Below are positions 38,490-48,559 of a stretch of DNA of 56,848 nucleotides, in pieces. A model generated the notes under the pieces. That model was not told the origin of the DNA. It did not search any database and was given only the letters and a program-made list of their open reading frames with translations. This DNA is from Candidatus Woesearchaeota archaeon (GTDB lineage Archaea; Nanobdellota; Nanobdellia; SCGC-AAA011-G17; GW2011-AR17). The DNA lies in assembly GCA_964621125.1 (NCBI GenBank), contig CAZUKZ010000002.1, positions 1 to 56,848 of the forward strand, read 5' to 3'. Both the position numbers and the translations under genes were made by a program. Numbering within the stretch: position 1 is the first letter of the stretch; every line of letters begins with the position of its first letter.

Positions 38490-39290
38490 TGCATTTTTGT
38501 AGTAGACTTCTTCCTTGTCTTCACTTGAAAAACTTTTCATTGCTTCTTCTATGAAATAGATCGAATGTTCGTGTGTCTGCACGGGGAAGTCTGTGCCGAA
38601 AAGCAGATTACCTGAACCGCACTCTCCTAAAAATCGTTTTATAGATTCTATTGTATTGGGAATATCTTTCTGATCAAACTTTGAGTCTATCAAGCCACTC
38701 ATATCAGTGTAGACGTTGGTATTACGGTTTATAACATTGATAAGGTCATCAAGAAATGGCTTTCCCATATGGCTAATGATAACATTAATATCTGGGTTGC
38801 CAATAGCAACTTTCTCTATATCCGAAGGTTTCTTCAGGGGAGCAACAGTCATGTCCCCATATTTTCTACATGTTGCATAAGAGAATCCTGAATGGAACAT
38901 CATAGGTAGTGAGTATCTCCTTGCAATGTCAGTGACTTTCCCAAAATCTTTAGATTCCAAATCTATCTTTTGATAACAAGTGTAGATCTTTATGCCTTTC
39001 ATGAGATGTTTGCTTGCCAGCTCTTCCATTTCATTCAGTCCTTGAAAGAAAAAATGCTCAAAATCTAAACTACCGAACATGTAGAATTCTGGCCTCTCCT
39101 TTATCCAGTGTAACAATCTGAAATTTGATATTCCTGACTTTTTATGAGGAAAATATGTAGCTAAGAGGACTGTCTTTTCTATATCATGCTTTTCCATATT
39201 TTCAGCAATAGTATCTATAGTGGCATCCTTGGGCAAAATGTTTCTTATAGGCCTATCGGACGTGTGACAATGGATGTCTATCTTTTTCAT
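38469..39290 (-). CDS. amidohydrolase-2 family metal-dependent hydrolase (TIM barrel)
   Basis: IDIHCHT, MFHSG, ISHMGKP and FGTDFP motifs. Confidence 0.65.
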   Translation of the reverse strand: MKKIDIHCHTSDRPIRNILPKDATIDTIAENMEKHDIEKTVLLATYFPHKKSGISNFRLLHWIKERPEFYMFGSLDFEHFFFQGLNEMEELASKHLMKGIKIYTCYQKIDLESKDFGKVTDIARRYSLPMMFHSGFSYATCRKYGDMTVAPLKKPSDIEKVAIGNPDINVIISHMGKPFLDDLINVINRNTNVYTDMSGLIDSKFDQKDIPNTIESIKRFLGECGSGNLLFGTDFPVQTHEHSIYFIEEAMKSFSSEDKEEVYYKNASELLKI

Positions 39291-39394
39291 TATAAATCAG
39301 CTTAGAATTAAGGTTTATAATACTTATGGAGAAGATAACGGAAGGTATAAAAATGAGTTAAAAATACTTAAGAATACACTGGAGGAAATGAAAA

Positions 39395-39586
39395 ATGGAA
39401 GAAAAACATAAATGTGGCTGTGGAGAGGAGCATTGCCATGAAAATCCAAAAATGGAAGAAATCGCAACAATTGCCGATGATAAGATTGATGCTGTAATTA
39501 AGGTTCTTGTCAAAAAAGGCATTGTTACAATGGAAGAATTGGACGAGGCGTATGCTAAACTCTACAAAGATACACCTGAAAAGTGA
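39395..39586 (+). CDS. small Cys/His-rich protein
   Basis: HKCGCGEEHCHE at the N-terminus, then a helical tail. SD-like ggagga upstream. Confidence 0.45.
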   Translation: MEEKHKCGCGEEHCHENPKMEEIATIADDKIDAVIKVLVKKGIVTMEELDEAYAKLYKDTPEK

Positions 39587-40182
39587 ATTTTGAATTACAA
39601 GGTATAGGAAGACTAGATATCATTACATTCCCTGAAAATCCGGGTGTCGTAAATACCATGAGGCTAGATACAGCTCATGGTTCTTATGACTTGATGTGTC
39701 ATGTACCTATGGGATGGTCCGTTGAAATTGGACATAGGGTGGACTTAATTGATCTTGAATCGCAAACAATACAACTCATCCACCCAGAAAGGGCTGAGTG
39801 GCTTTTTGGAACTATGCATGAATTTGGACATATGCGAGATATAAGAAAAGGGAATTTATTAGCTGAGTTTACCCATCTCTATACTAAAAAAGACATTAAA
39901 CCAGAGAATCTATTACCAGAAGAGATGTACCAAATAGTTTCATTAGAGTTGAGGGCGTGGAAGAATGCTATCTTTTTAGTTAAAGAAATGGGTGTAAAAG
40001 AAGAAGCCTTGGGAAAGATGTTCAGTTTTATTGACAGCGAGGAAGGTGTTCTGGATTATGTGAATTCCTATACTTGGGATGAATTTGAGTTTATTGCCGC
40101 AAACGGATTTGTATCCCCTGAAGATCTTGAGTATAAAGTTAAAATGAAATATAAACGTTGGAAAAGAAAGAATTTTATTTAG
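39583..40182 (+). CDS. hypothetical protein with HExxH motif
   Basis: GTGA start/stop overlap with the upstream ORF. TMHEFGHMRD is a zincin-like motif. No family recognised. Confidence 0.45.
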   Translation: MNFELQGIGRLDIITFPENPGVVNTMRLDTAHGSYDLMCHVPMGWSVEIGHRVDLIDLESQTIQLIHPERAEWLFGTMHEFGHMRDIRKGNLLAEFTHLYTKKDIKPENLLPEEMYQIVSLELRAWKNAIFLVKEMGVKEEALGKMFSFIDSEEGVLDYVNSYTWDEFEFIAANGFVSPEDLEYKVKMKYKRWKRKNFI

Positions 40183-40878
40183 TTACTTTTTCAGGTAAGA
40201 CTTTATTTTATCTTTAGGAAACTTTTCTATAGCATATCTCAACATTGTTCTTGGCATTTGCTTATAGTGCTTCTTTAGAAATGACTTTTCTACTTTGAGG
40301 TTTCTATTTCCGACTTCCCTTAGCATCCACCCTACAGCTTTATGGATGAGATCATGCTTATCCTGTAAAAGTATTTCAGCTATATCTAAAGTGGTGTGAT
40401 ATCTTTCATTCTTGATGAAATAAAATGTGCTTATTATCGCTACTCTTCTCTCCCACAGGTTTCTTGATTTTGCCAACCTGAAAAGAATGTCTTTTGGTTT
40501 ATCAATAAGGTATGGGCCCAAGATTTTATCTGCCGAACTATCCACAAGGTCCCAATTATTCACATACTGCAAATTATTGATATAAAGATGGTAGATTTTA
40601 CTTTGATTATTAGATTGATTATAAGCCAAAACTAATATGAAGAGAGCAGTAAGTCTGTGTTCGTGTATCTTGCTATGTAAGAGTTTTTCCGTCTCTTTGA
40701 TTCCCAAACCCTTAAATTTCTTTGCAACTCTTCTCTGGTCTGGAACCTTCAACCCTAAAAAAAGATCACCTTCCCCATACTCTCCTTTACTAGTTTTGAA
40801 AAATTTCTGTAAGACTTTTGCCTGTTTTGAATCTGCGAATTTTTTTAATTCTCTCTTAGCATCATCTACGCTGAGCAT
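40183..40878 (-). CDS. DNA alkylation repair protein (AlkD/AlkC-like HEAT repeats)
   Basis: FLGLKVPDQRRVAKKF, VNNWDLVDSSADKILG and KAVGWMLRE. Confidence 0.75.
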   Translation of the reverse strand: MLSVDDAKRELKKFADSKQAKVLQKFFKTSKGEYGEGDLFLGLKVPDQRRVAKKFKGLGIKETEKLLHSKIHEHRLTALFILVLAYNQSNNQSKIYHLYINNLQYVNNWDLVDSSADKILGPYLIDKPKDILFRLAKSRNLWERRVAIISTFYFIKNERYHTTLDIAEILLQDKHDLIHKAVGWMLREVGNRNLKVEKSFLKKHYKQMPRTMLRYAIEKFPKDKIKSYLKK

Positions 40879-40883
40879 AGGAA

Positions 40884-41957
40884 TTACCTAGTAACTTCAA
40901 AGCTTTCCACTAGTTCTTTCAACTTTTTGGCTTCCTTGTTTTCCTCAAAGTATTTTCGTATAGGCTCTAATAATTGATCAATATACTTTGCTGATGCTGT
41001 CTTAAGGTCCATCGGATGAATATCCCCTTGGACGAAAGCCTTCTCCAAATCTTCATAAGAAGTGAACTTGACTATCCCTCCAAACTTCTCCGGTCTTTCT
41101 ATGACAAATTCATCAATTTTTTCAAAGATAATATGCTTGCAGTATTCTAGGACTGGGTTATCTTCCACTTCTGAAGCAGGGCAGTAAGCTTTGTTAAACT
41201 TCCTTTCAACTTCCTCTTTCGTATCAGTCATGAATATCGCTGAATCAGGATTTGATTTTGACATTTTCTTTGCAATACCGGCTTCAACACCTGAGAGACC
41301 TGTCTCTTGAGGAGGGGTCAAACCCATAAGCATGTGATGATGTACTGCAATAGGCTTTTTCTTGCCTAGTTTAGGAGCTATCTCTCTTGCCAACATGTTT
41401 ACTTTTCTTTGGTCCATGCCCAGTTGAGCTATGTCTACACCCAAATGGAATATGTCTGTTGCCTGCATGCACGGATAGAATATTTGTGCTGCCGTAAGTT
41501 TGTCCGCCTCCGATCTTCCCATAATCTGTGCGCATCTTGTAATTCTCGTAACGGTATTTAGCATACCTACCCTAACAACTGTGAGCCAATAGTCTTGGTT
41601 CATGTGTTCAGAAGCCCATAGGAACTCAACATTGTCAAGGTCCATACCACAAGCTTTCCACACCTCTATGAAATATTTTCCCACTGTCCTTATCTTCTCT
41701 AAATCGCCGCCCATCTTATTGTTCATCAGACCAAACCAGTCAGCCACCCAGAATTGGAACTTGATTCCAGCCTTAGTGAGCTTGTTGACGTTGATTGCCC
41801 TTAATAATCCCTGTGCTATATGTATCTTTCCAGAAGGTTCAAAACCGTCATAAGCCACAGGATGTTTCTTATTTTTTAACAGCTCTTTTAATTCGTTTTC
41901 TTCGATGATTTCTTCACCGACTTCCATTATAAGTTTCAATTTTTCTTCGACATCCAT
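40884..41957 (-). CDS. tyrS: tyrosine--tRNA ligase, archaeal/eukaryal type
   Basis: YDGFEPSGKIHIAQG (HIGH-like) and KMSKS. Length and layout match archaeal TyrRS. Confidence 0.88.
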   Translation of the reverse strand: MDVEEKLKLIMEVGEEIIEENELKELLKNKKHPVAYDGFEPSGKIHIAQGLLRAINVNKLTKAGIKFQFWVADWFGLMNNKMGGDLEKIRTVGKYFIEVWKACGMDLDNVEFLWASEHMNQDYWLTVVRVGMLNTVTRITRCAQIMGRSEADKLTAAQIFYPCMQATDIFHLGVDIAQLGMDQRKVNMLAREIAPKLGKKKPIAVHHHMLMGLTPPQETGLSGVEAGIAKKMSKSNPDSAIFMTDTKEEVERKFNKAYCPASEVEDNPVLEYCKHIIFEKIDEFVIERPEKFGGIVKFTSYEDLEKAFVQGDIHPMDLKTASAKYIDQLLEPIRKYFEENKEAKKLKELVESFEVTR

Positions 41958-42032
41958 TTTGGCTTTCCTCCTTAAAAGCTTTAGAAAGTGGTTAAGTAGT
42001 TGGGATATAAAAAGATTATGCTACCTAGAGGA

Positions 42033-42704
42033 CTATTCCCTCTTCAACCTTGCTCCCGCCTTTTTCAACCTTTCCTTGATTTTCTTCATCAAAACCTCCT
42101 TCTGCTGCAATGACCTTATCCTAGACCATTCTTTAAAATTGGAATACAATTTTTGATAATCTGTAACTGAAATCTTCATCACCTTTCCCTTGATCTCCAA
42201 GAACTGTTCAGGATTCTTCCTTGCAATCATCCATATAGCTATTAGAAAAAAGGCTAGTACAAACGGAAAATCTAAAAATTGAGGAGTAAGGACTATTTTT
42301 TCAAACAAAATTACATATGGATATATGAAGAAGTAAAAAACTGTTGCTAAGATTATCCAAAATATGGAATGTAATAGATCAATATGACCGCCTAAATTCA
42401 CTAAAGTTTCTGAATAATCCCATAATCTTACTTTCAAGATTTTTTTACTGAAAATACCACCCAAGTATTCCACAAGAATCAAGGCTGTGGAAGCTACGGC
42501 TATTGCTAAGGCTGTATGGAAGAAAGAGAAATGCCTAAATACAAAAACTAGAGTTAGACCACCAAAACCATAAATTGGACAGATTGGACCCTTGAAATAA
42601 CCGGCATTCACCCATTCTTTTTCTGTTATGGCCCTATAGCCAGAGTCTAAAATCCAGCCTATAAACGAAAACGCTATAAATTCTATAATGTATATCAGGC
42701 CCAT
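42033..42704 (-). CDS. polytopic membrane protein (putative ABC-transporter type IV / CmpB-like family)
   Basis: FIGWILDSGYRAI...GYFKGPICPIYGFGG pattern with about 6 TM helices. Confidence 0.5.
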   Translation of the reverse strand: MGLIYIIEFIAFSFIGWILDSGYRAITEKEWVNAGYFKGPICPIYGFGGLTLVFVFRHFSFFHTALAIAVASTALILVEYLGGIFSKKILKVRLWDYSETLVNLGGHIDLLHSIFWIILATVFYFFIYPYVILFEKIVLTPQFLDFPFVLAFFLIAIWMIARKNPEQFLEIKGKVMKISVTDYQKLYSNFKEWSRIRSLQQKEVLMKKIKERLKKAGARLKRE

Positions 42705-42755
42705 CTATTGTTTTATATAATTAGGTTGTTTAAAATGATTGTGGAGACTGAAAAA

Positions 42756-42828
42756 TAGCTCCGCGCGGATTCGAACCGCGGTCCCCGGATCCAGAGTCCG
42801 AGATGATTGGCCGCTACACTACGGAGCT
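42756..42828 (-). tRNA. tRNA-Gln (anticodon CUG)
   Basis: The reverse complement folds as a cloverleaf. Acceptor AGCUCCG/CGGAGCU. Anticodon arm UCGGA-CUCUGGA-UCCGG. T arm CGCGG-UUCGAAU-CCGCG. Discriminator A, no encoded CCA. Followed by TTTTT (42751-42755). Confidence 0.9.
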
Positions 42829-42857
42829 TTTGATTATAAGCAAATTATTAGGAATAG

Positions 42858-42866
42858 TATATAAAT
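42858..42866 (-). promoter_or_regulatory. TATA-like box for tRNA-Gln
   Basis: atttatata on the minus strand, centred about 34 nt upstream of the mature tRNA 5' end. Confidence 0.35.
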
Positions 42867-42874
42867 CTTACCCC

Positions 42875-43285
42875 TCAGAAAATATAATGAACAAGGACTG
42901 CTACCGCTACTCCTATGACAGAACCTATAAACACCTGTAAAGGAGTATGCCCCAAAGAATAATTTATTTTTGATCCTATTTTAAGTTTTTTGATGACTTT
43001 TTCTAGTACCTTTCCTTCTTCTCCTACACTCTTCCTTACACCAAAAGCGTCCCTCAGTACGATAAACATCAAAACTAAACTTATAGCAAAGGATGTTGAT
43101 AGCCCTTCATTTAATAAGATTATCATAGCTAATGAAGTTACAAATGCTGCATGGGAAGAGGGCATGCTGCCTGTAGCGAGAATATCTTTGAGTTTCAGTT
43201 TTTTGCCTTGAATTAGGAATATAAACAGTTTAACTAATTGAGAAACTATTCCAGCAGTAATCAAGGCTAAAACTATTTTAAACAT
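42875..43285 (-). CDS. divergent PAP2-family membrane protein
   Basis: TGSMPSSHAAFVTSLA motif. Three to four TM helices. Confidence 0.7.
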   Translation of the reverse strand: MFKIVLALITAGIVSQLVKLFIFLIQGKKLKLKDILATGSMPSSHAAFVTSLAMIILLNEGLSTSFAISLVLMFIVLRDAFGVRKSVGEEGKVLEKVIKKLKIGSKINYSLGHTPLQVFIGSVIGVAVAVLVHYIF

Positions 43286-43319
43286 AGTTATGATATAAGG
43301 CTAAATCATTTAAAAAGAT

Positions 43320-44081
43320 TTACTTTACATTAAATTCGATAAGTACTGGCAGATGATCAGAGAAAGGGAACTTGAGTACCTTGTATTTTTTAACATCTAT
43401 ATCCTCAGACGTCAGGATGTAGTCCAGCCTTTTCTTAGGGTTCCAAGTGGGATGGGTGAGCTTCTTGTTGCTCAATGAACTCTTATCTGTCAAATGGGTC
43501 TGTTTTAGTAATGTATCTATCTCTTCCTTCCCATGAAAAGTGTTGAAGTCTCCCATAAGTATTACTGGACCTTTGATTCCGTTGACTATGCCTATGAGTT
43601 CCTCTATCTGTTTTTTCCTTGCTTTTTTAGTTAAAGCTAAATGGGCCAATAATAAGGATAGTTTATTAGGGCAATGTATCACTGCCTCTATAACTTCTCT
43701 CTTGGTCCCCTTATTTAGAACATGGTACTTGACATTTTTTATGTTGTATTGAGATATGATTGCATTAGCCTGTTTGTTAAGGACAGGGATGTAGTGAAAG
43801 AGCCGGATCCAACCTTTTAGAGGGTATTTGATTTTTTCTACAAAACTTCTCATATTAAGGTTGTCCTTGAAGTATAAAACCTCATCCTTTTTTGACCTGA
43901 AAGAACCAGTGTCCACTTCAATTAATGCTAAAATGTCTGGTTTAAGTTTATTTAAACTGCAGATTATGTTGTTATCAACATTCTTTGGAGGGAAGAATAT
44001 TTTCCATAATTTGAAGTAATCGTACCATTTGCCAACTAACCCTTCACAGTATTCGATATTATAACATACAAGCCTAACCAT
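43320..44081 (-). CDS. endonuclease/exonuclease/phosphatase (EEP) family protein
   Basis: YNIEYC, LALIEVD, VILMGDFN and the C-terminal SDHLPVLIEF. Confidence 0.65.
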   Translation of the reverse strand: MVRLVCYNIEYCEGLVGKWYDYFKLWKIFFPPKNVDNNIICSLNKLKPDILALIEVDTGSFRSKKDEVLYFKDNLNMRSFVEKIKYPLKGWIRLFHYIPVLNKQANAIISQYNIKNVKYHVLNKGTKREVIEAVIHCPNKLSLLLAHLALTKKARKKQIEELIGIVNGIKGPVILMGDFNTFHGKEEIDTLLKQTHLTDKSSLSNKKLTHPTWNPKKRLDYILTSEDIDVKKYKVLKFPFSDHLPVLIEFNVK

Positions 44082-44182
44082 ATGTATTAGTAAGTCTAAG
44101 ATATTATAAAAGGGTTGTGGGCGGTAAGTTAGGTTAGCTGTAAGTAATTCATGTTTGTTTATACAAAGAAAAAAAGAAAAAA

Positions 44183-46264
44183 TCAGTAGACAATAATGTC
44201 TAAGTTCTGATATTTTAATTCTATGTTCTTTACTTTGCTCAAGTCAGAGATCTTATTTATTCTCAATAGCCCTGGAGATTTGGTGTACAATAACCCCTCA
44301 ATGTACAAACTCCTTTCCACTGTAGGATAGCCATAGTTTGAGTTAGATGAGGAATGGTCTACTAAACCTCGCAACTTTACACTATCCTTTTTTATCTCAA
44401 AGACGAACGCCCCATTATAATTCTGGCTTGGATCATTGTAAACCCTATTGTACGCTGGAATGACCAAAAGGTTCTTATCTTTTGAGAATAGGAATGCCTT
44501 ATGTTCATACAAAGCATTACTGCTAGCATACTTTGATTCTGTAACGTACTTAGCTATCTCTTTAGGTTTTGTTACATCAGACACATCAAACAAAGAGATT
44601 TTCAAACCTTCAACCCTACCTGAAGTTGAAGCTTCATTACCAATCCCTATGATTACGTCCTTATCGTAAGGATGTAAGTATCTTGAGAATCCCGGAATTT
44701 TTAACTTACCTAGCTCCTTGATATCTTTAGGATTGCTCAAGTCTATAACAAAAAAAGGATCTACCTGCTTGAACGTTACCATGTAAAGCCTTCCGTCAAT
44801 GAACCTTGTTGAGTATATCCTTTCATCCTCTGCTAGTCCTTCCAACCCATCCAAGATTTTAAGCTTAGAGTCCAATGTATAGACATTGTTTGAAGACTTT
44901 ATGTTAGATTTGTCATAGCTTGACCATCTTGAACTTAAAGTTGTGGCAATCCTCAACACACCATTGCTTTCATCCAATGAGAACTGGTTAATTGTATGTC
45001 CAGGAACCTTACCATTAGCCATAGGTGTGATTGTACCGTCCTTAATTTTGATCTTATTGATAATTGTGTACTCAAAGACCTTTATCTTCTTCAATTCCTC
45101 TTCCACCTTATCAAATAATTTTTCTGCAAAATCTTCTTGAGCTTCATAAGAGAGTTTAGATAACCTAGTGTAGTAGACCTCATGGATCTTCGTTTCCTTC
45201 TCCTTCTTTGTCAATATCTCATTTTCTGTCGTCTTTATTTTTAAGATAAGCTTCTTATCTGACAATGTCAAGTTAGATTCTAGTAACTGCCTCAGGACCT
45301 TCATCTTAATGTCATTCTCATTGACATATTCTGTGTAAGTAAGGTATATGTTGTCATTAGACACATATAGGTTCAATCCAGATTCAACTGCAATTGACTT
45401 TGAGTCAACCCTAATATCTGATTTTAAATCTATGGAATGGATATTGATGAAGTAAGGGTTTATGTAAGGCACATTGTAATAGTATACATTTTTCAATGGT
45501 ACTGCTCTTTTCTTTACGCCATCTATGATTAACGGTGTAGGGTAAACTTCCCTCTGTTCTAAAGCAGAATTTGTGAGGATATAGATTTTGCCATCTGCCA
45601 TTCTTGCCCTAAAGTACTTTCCCTCAAACTTGTATTCTTTTGTCAGCTTAGGCGATTTCCGGTCCTTTATGTCATAGATATTGAAGAAAGTCATGCCTTT
45701 TGAAGGAGCAAAATCCAAATTATTGAAGTATGTCTTATCGTAATAGTTGCCGAATACTGCAAGCTTATCTCCCTTTATGAATATGGAAGATGGAGTAGCA
45801 TTAAGCTTTATCTTAGAGACAATTTCTGCTTCCTTGCCAGGATAGGCTTTCACTATGAACAATACCTTACCTGAAACTGTATAGATATAATTCCCATCAG
45901 TTTTGATTATGTCTGCTTCATCTACACCTTTCACTTGAATGTTAGTCTCTGAAAAGTCTCTTGCTTTAATTGAAACCGTCTTCATTCCGTTAGATGTGCC
46001 TTCCAATAGGGCTCCCATCCCCTTGGCCCCAGTATTAGTCCATACAACCGGCCAGGAGGGAATCTCATATTCCTTTATGAATTTCAATAATTCCTTCTCT
46101 GACTTGAATTGCTTAGTCTCTATGTCCCCGTCCGCATCGAGGGATGGGTGGACAATGACACCCTTCCCAGGCATGTCTAGTGTTGGTGTTATCTGCTGAC
46201 ATCCCACAATAAAAATAGATAAAAGTGCCAGAGCAATAAAAATTTTGGTTAAATTAGTTTTCAT
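44183..46264 (-). CDS. secreted beta-propeller domain lipoprotein
   Basis: Lipobox-like SIFIVGC. FSETNIQVKGVDEADIIKTDGNYIY is typical of the secreted Beta_propel family. Confidence 0.7.
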   Translation of the reverse strand: MKTNLTKIFIALALLSIFIVGCQQITPTLDMPGKGVIVHPSLDADGDIETKQFKSEKELLKFIKEYEIPSWPVVWTNTGAKGMGALLEGTSNGMKTVSIKARDFSETNIQVKGVDEADIIKTDGNYIYTVSGKVLFIVKAYPGKEAEIVSKIKLNATPSSIFIKGDKLAVFGNYYDKTYFNNLDFAPSKGMTFFNIYDIKDRKSPKLTKEYKFEGKYFRARMADGKIYILTNSALEQREVYPTPLIIDGVKKRAVPLKNVYYYNVPYINPYFINIHSIDLKSDIRVDSKSIAVESGLNLYVSNDNIYLTYTEYVNENDIKMKVLRQLLESNLTLSDKKLILKIKTTENEILTKKEKETKIHEVYYTRLSKLSYEAQEDFAEKLFDKVEEELKKIKVFEYTIINKIKIKDGTITPMANGKVPGHTINQFSLDESNGVLRIATTLSSRWSSYDKSNIKSSNNVYTLDSKLKILDGLEGLAEDERIYSTRFIDGRLYMVTFKQVDPFFVIDLSNPKDIKELGKLKIPGFSRYLHPYDKDVIIGIGNEASTSGRVEGLKISLFDVSDVTKPKEIAKYVTESKYASSNALYEHKAFLFSKDKNLLVIPAYNRVYNDPSQNYNGAFVFEIKKDSVKLRGLVDHSSSNSNYGYPTVERSLYIEGLLYTKSPGLLRINKISDLSKVKNIELKYQNLDIIVY

Positions 46265-46338
46265 TTTAGCATCACGTTAAATAAGAAAAGTAATCTTTTA
46301 TAAATAGGTTTTTAAGGCTGCAGTTTAGGTTGAAGCTA

Positions 46339-48459
46339 TCACTTCTTAACCAGCTTAACACTCTGGATTAGAAGTTCTCCACAGATTTTAGATTCCATGA
46401 CAATATTAGATTCCTGTATCTTAAGCTTTTTATCATGAAACAAAGGTCCATCCAACATCAACGTCTCTGCCTCCCCACCCTCAAAAGCTATATGAATTTT
46501 ATTTTTCTTATTCATCTTTATCAGCCTATCAACATCCTCATGTGTCAACTCTTTACCTAACCACCCCTTATCCAGACCATCTGCAGCAATCTTAGTAACA
46601 ATAATCTTAAAACCGTCGTTCAACATGTTTCTCATGTATGTCTCAGGCTCCATGTGCCATAACGGCGCAAAAGTCTTCAGGCCCAGATCATCGCAAGCCT
46701 TCTCCACCCTTTCCCTCTGATAATTTGATTCTATGGCTCCTGTAGCAACACCAGCAATCTTATACTTCTTCTTAGCTTGTTTAATGGCCTTCTTTAAATC
46801 TTCCAGCTCTTCTTCCTTATTACCTTCAGTGTATACTTCTATCAAAGGCACACCCATCGCTTCTGCCTGGTATTTCACCAGATCAACTGTAGGTGTGTGA
46901 AACATAAATGAGTCAGGGTTCTTGCTCTTTAAAGTAATTAGACAAGAGATCTCATAGTTCTGTTTATCCAACAAATATGTCGCGTAAGCACTGTCCTTGC
47001 CCGAACTGAACAGGACACCCAACTTAAGGTTCTTTGTGGGATAGAAAGTTTTAAGGTAGTCTGGCCTGAAATAATGGCCTCTCCTTCTAGCTAACTTACT
47101 TAAAGCCTTATCGAAATTGCTCCCGTATTGTGCGGCCCTCTTCTTCCTGTTTGCAATGTCCTTAGGGATGCCAAGTTTCATAGCTATTTTCCTTAAAATA
47201 AGCTTATCCTGATCCTTGTTCAACTTATGCTTTGCCGGAATTCTTAAAGCATATTCTACCAACTTCTTATCCAAGAAAGGTGCCCTAAGTTCTAAGTTAT
47301 TTCTCATGGCAACGACATCATCCCGATACATATCCCGGTCGTAAAGCTTCAATAACCCAAAAAGGCATTCCTGGTTTATATCAGGAGATTTTTTGTGGCG
47401 GTGGTAACCTGCAAATATCTCCTCAGGCCCTATCCCTGAGAAAATCACTTTATTACCGTCCTTGCTTGCGGCTTCACATGCAGCGTACAGTGTCAAAGCA
47501 ACGCCTACCCTTACAACACTAGTGTTCTCTATCAAAGGAATTATCTTCTTGAGGTAATCTTCGACATCATCAAGGTCTATCTCCACTATTTTCAGATTAA
47601 AACCAAGCTTTTTAGCGACTATCTTAGAGTATTTCAAATCCTCAGGCTCTTGCTTAGCTTTGTCTTTTAGAGCAGCTATGTAACAAGTGAAATCCCTTCC
47701 TAATTGTTTACATATTTGCGCTAACAAAGTTGAATCTATACCTCCAGAGAACATTATGCCAAACTTCTTTTCTGGAAGCCTTTTCCTTATAGCTTCCCTT
47801 ATCAGCTTTTCTGTAGTTGCTTCAGGATTACCTTTAACCTCTGGCTTTGTCTTGAAGAATTCCCGATTAGAAAACTCAACCTGGTTGTGAGATATCCTGT
47901 ATTTGAGAATTTTTCTAGGGTTAAGCTCTAAAGCGTCAGGGTAGTCTATCTTTATCAAAGCTTTCTTTTCTGAAGCAAAAGCGAAACTATCTGCTAAAGA
48001 GTACCATATTGGCTTCAATCCTATAAGGTCCCTTGCTAAGTACAAGGTGTCACCAAACCAGTAGGCTAAAGCAAAGACACCATCTAATTCATCTAATGTT
48101 TCCTTAAGATTATCAATGCCTTTTTCCTCTATAATCATAAGAAGAAGTTCAGCATCGTTTTTTGCCTTGAAACCATATTTCTTGTTCAACGATTCCCAGT
48201 TATATATTTCACAGTTCGTGACAAGTTTACCTTTCCCTTCTAATGGCTGCATCACGTGGCCTACAATTGAATGAAAATTATGGCCTATAATATTATTGCC
48301 CTCTAGTTGCCTTAAACTTTTTAATGACTTAGAATGGACAGCTTCTTTCTTGTCGGCTATTCCAAAACCATCTTTCCCCCTGTATTTTAAAGTCTGTAGT
48401 GCTTTAATCGTTAAGCTGAAAGCTTCTCCTCTTCCAAAAACCCCTGCTATGCCACACAT
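46339..48459 (-). CDS. asparagine synthase (glutamine-hydrolysing)-like protein fused to MJ0570/DPH6-type (diphthine-ammonia ligase-like) PP-loop domain
   Basis: Start set at MCGIAGVFG (Ntn Cys). AsnB PP-loop MFSGGIDSTLLA. The C-terminal roughly 225 aa contain GVLFSSGKDSAYA...FMFHTPTVDL...GVATGAIESNYQRERVE...IAFEGGEAETL. Confidence 0.78.
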   Translation of the reverse strand: MCGIAGVFGRGEAFSLTIKALQTLKYRGKDGFGIADKKEAVHSKSLKSLRQLEGNNIIGHNFHSIVGHVMQPLEGKGKLVTNCEIYNWESLNKKYGFKAKNDAELLLMIIEEKGIDNLKETLDELDGVFALAYWFGDTLYLARDLIGLKPIWYSLADSFAFASEKKALIKIDYPDALELNPRKILKYRISHNQVEFSNREFFKTKPEVKGNPEATTEKLIREAIRKRLPEKKFGIMFSGGIDSTLLAQICKQLGRDFTCYIAALKDKAKQEPEDLKYSKIVAKKLGFNLKIVEIDLDDVEDYLKKIIPLIENTSVVRVGVALTLYAACEAASKDGNKVIFSGIGPEEIFAGYHRHKKSPDINQECLFGLLKLYDRDMYRDDVVAMRNNLELRAPFLDKKLVEYALRIPAKHKLNKDQDKLILRKIAMKLGIPKDIANRKKRAAQYGSNFDKALSKLARRRGHYFRPDYLKTFYPTKNLKLGVLFSSGKDSAYATYLLDKQNYEISCLITLKSKNPDSFMFHTPTVDLVKYQAEAMGVPLIEVYTEGNKEEELEDLKKAIKQAKKKYKIAGVATGAIESNYQRERVEKACDDLGLKTFAPLWHMEPETYMRNMLNDGFKIIVTKIAADGLDKGWLGKELTHEDVDRLIKMNKKNKIHIAFEGGEAETLMLDGPLFHDKKLKIQESNIVMESKICGELLIQSVKLVKK

Positions 48460-48559
48460 TGTTAATATACACTTGTAAAGTATATTTATAAAAGTTTGTT
48501 TACACGACATGACAGACACGCGTAGCATTTATAAGGACATTTTACTTCTTTTTTGACAT

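Noticed and set aside
42705-42874. tRNA-Gln as an integration site for a genomic island
   Set aside because: There is no integrase and no direct repeat of the tRNA 3' end nearby. The flanking genes (TyrRS, PAP2, membrane protein) look like ordinary chromosomal genes.
48460-48528. 23-codon N-terminal extension of the AsnB-DPH6 ORF (start at 48528)
   Set aside because: Class II glutamine amidotransferases need Cys as the first residue after Met removal. MCGIAG begins at 48459, so the upstream extension is unlikely to be translated.
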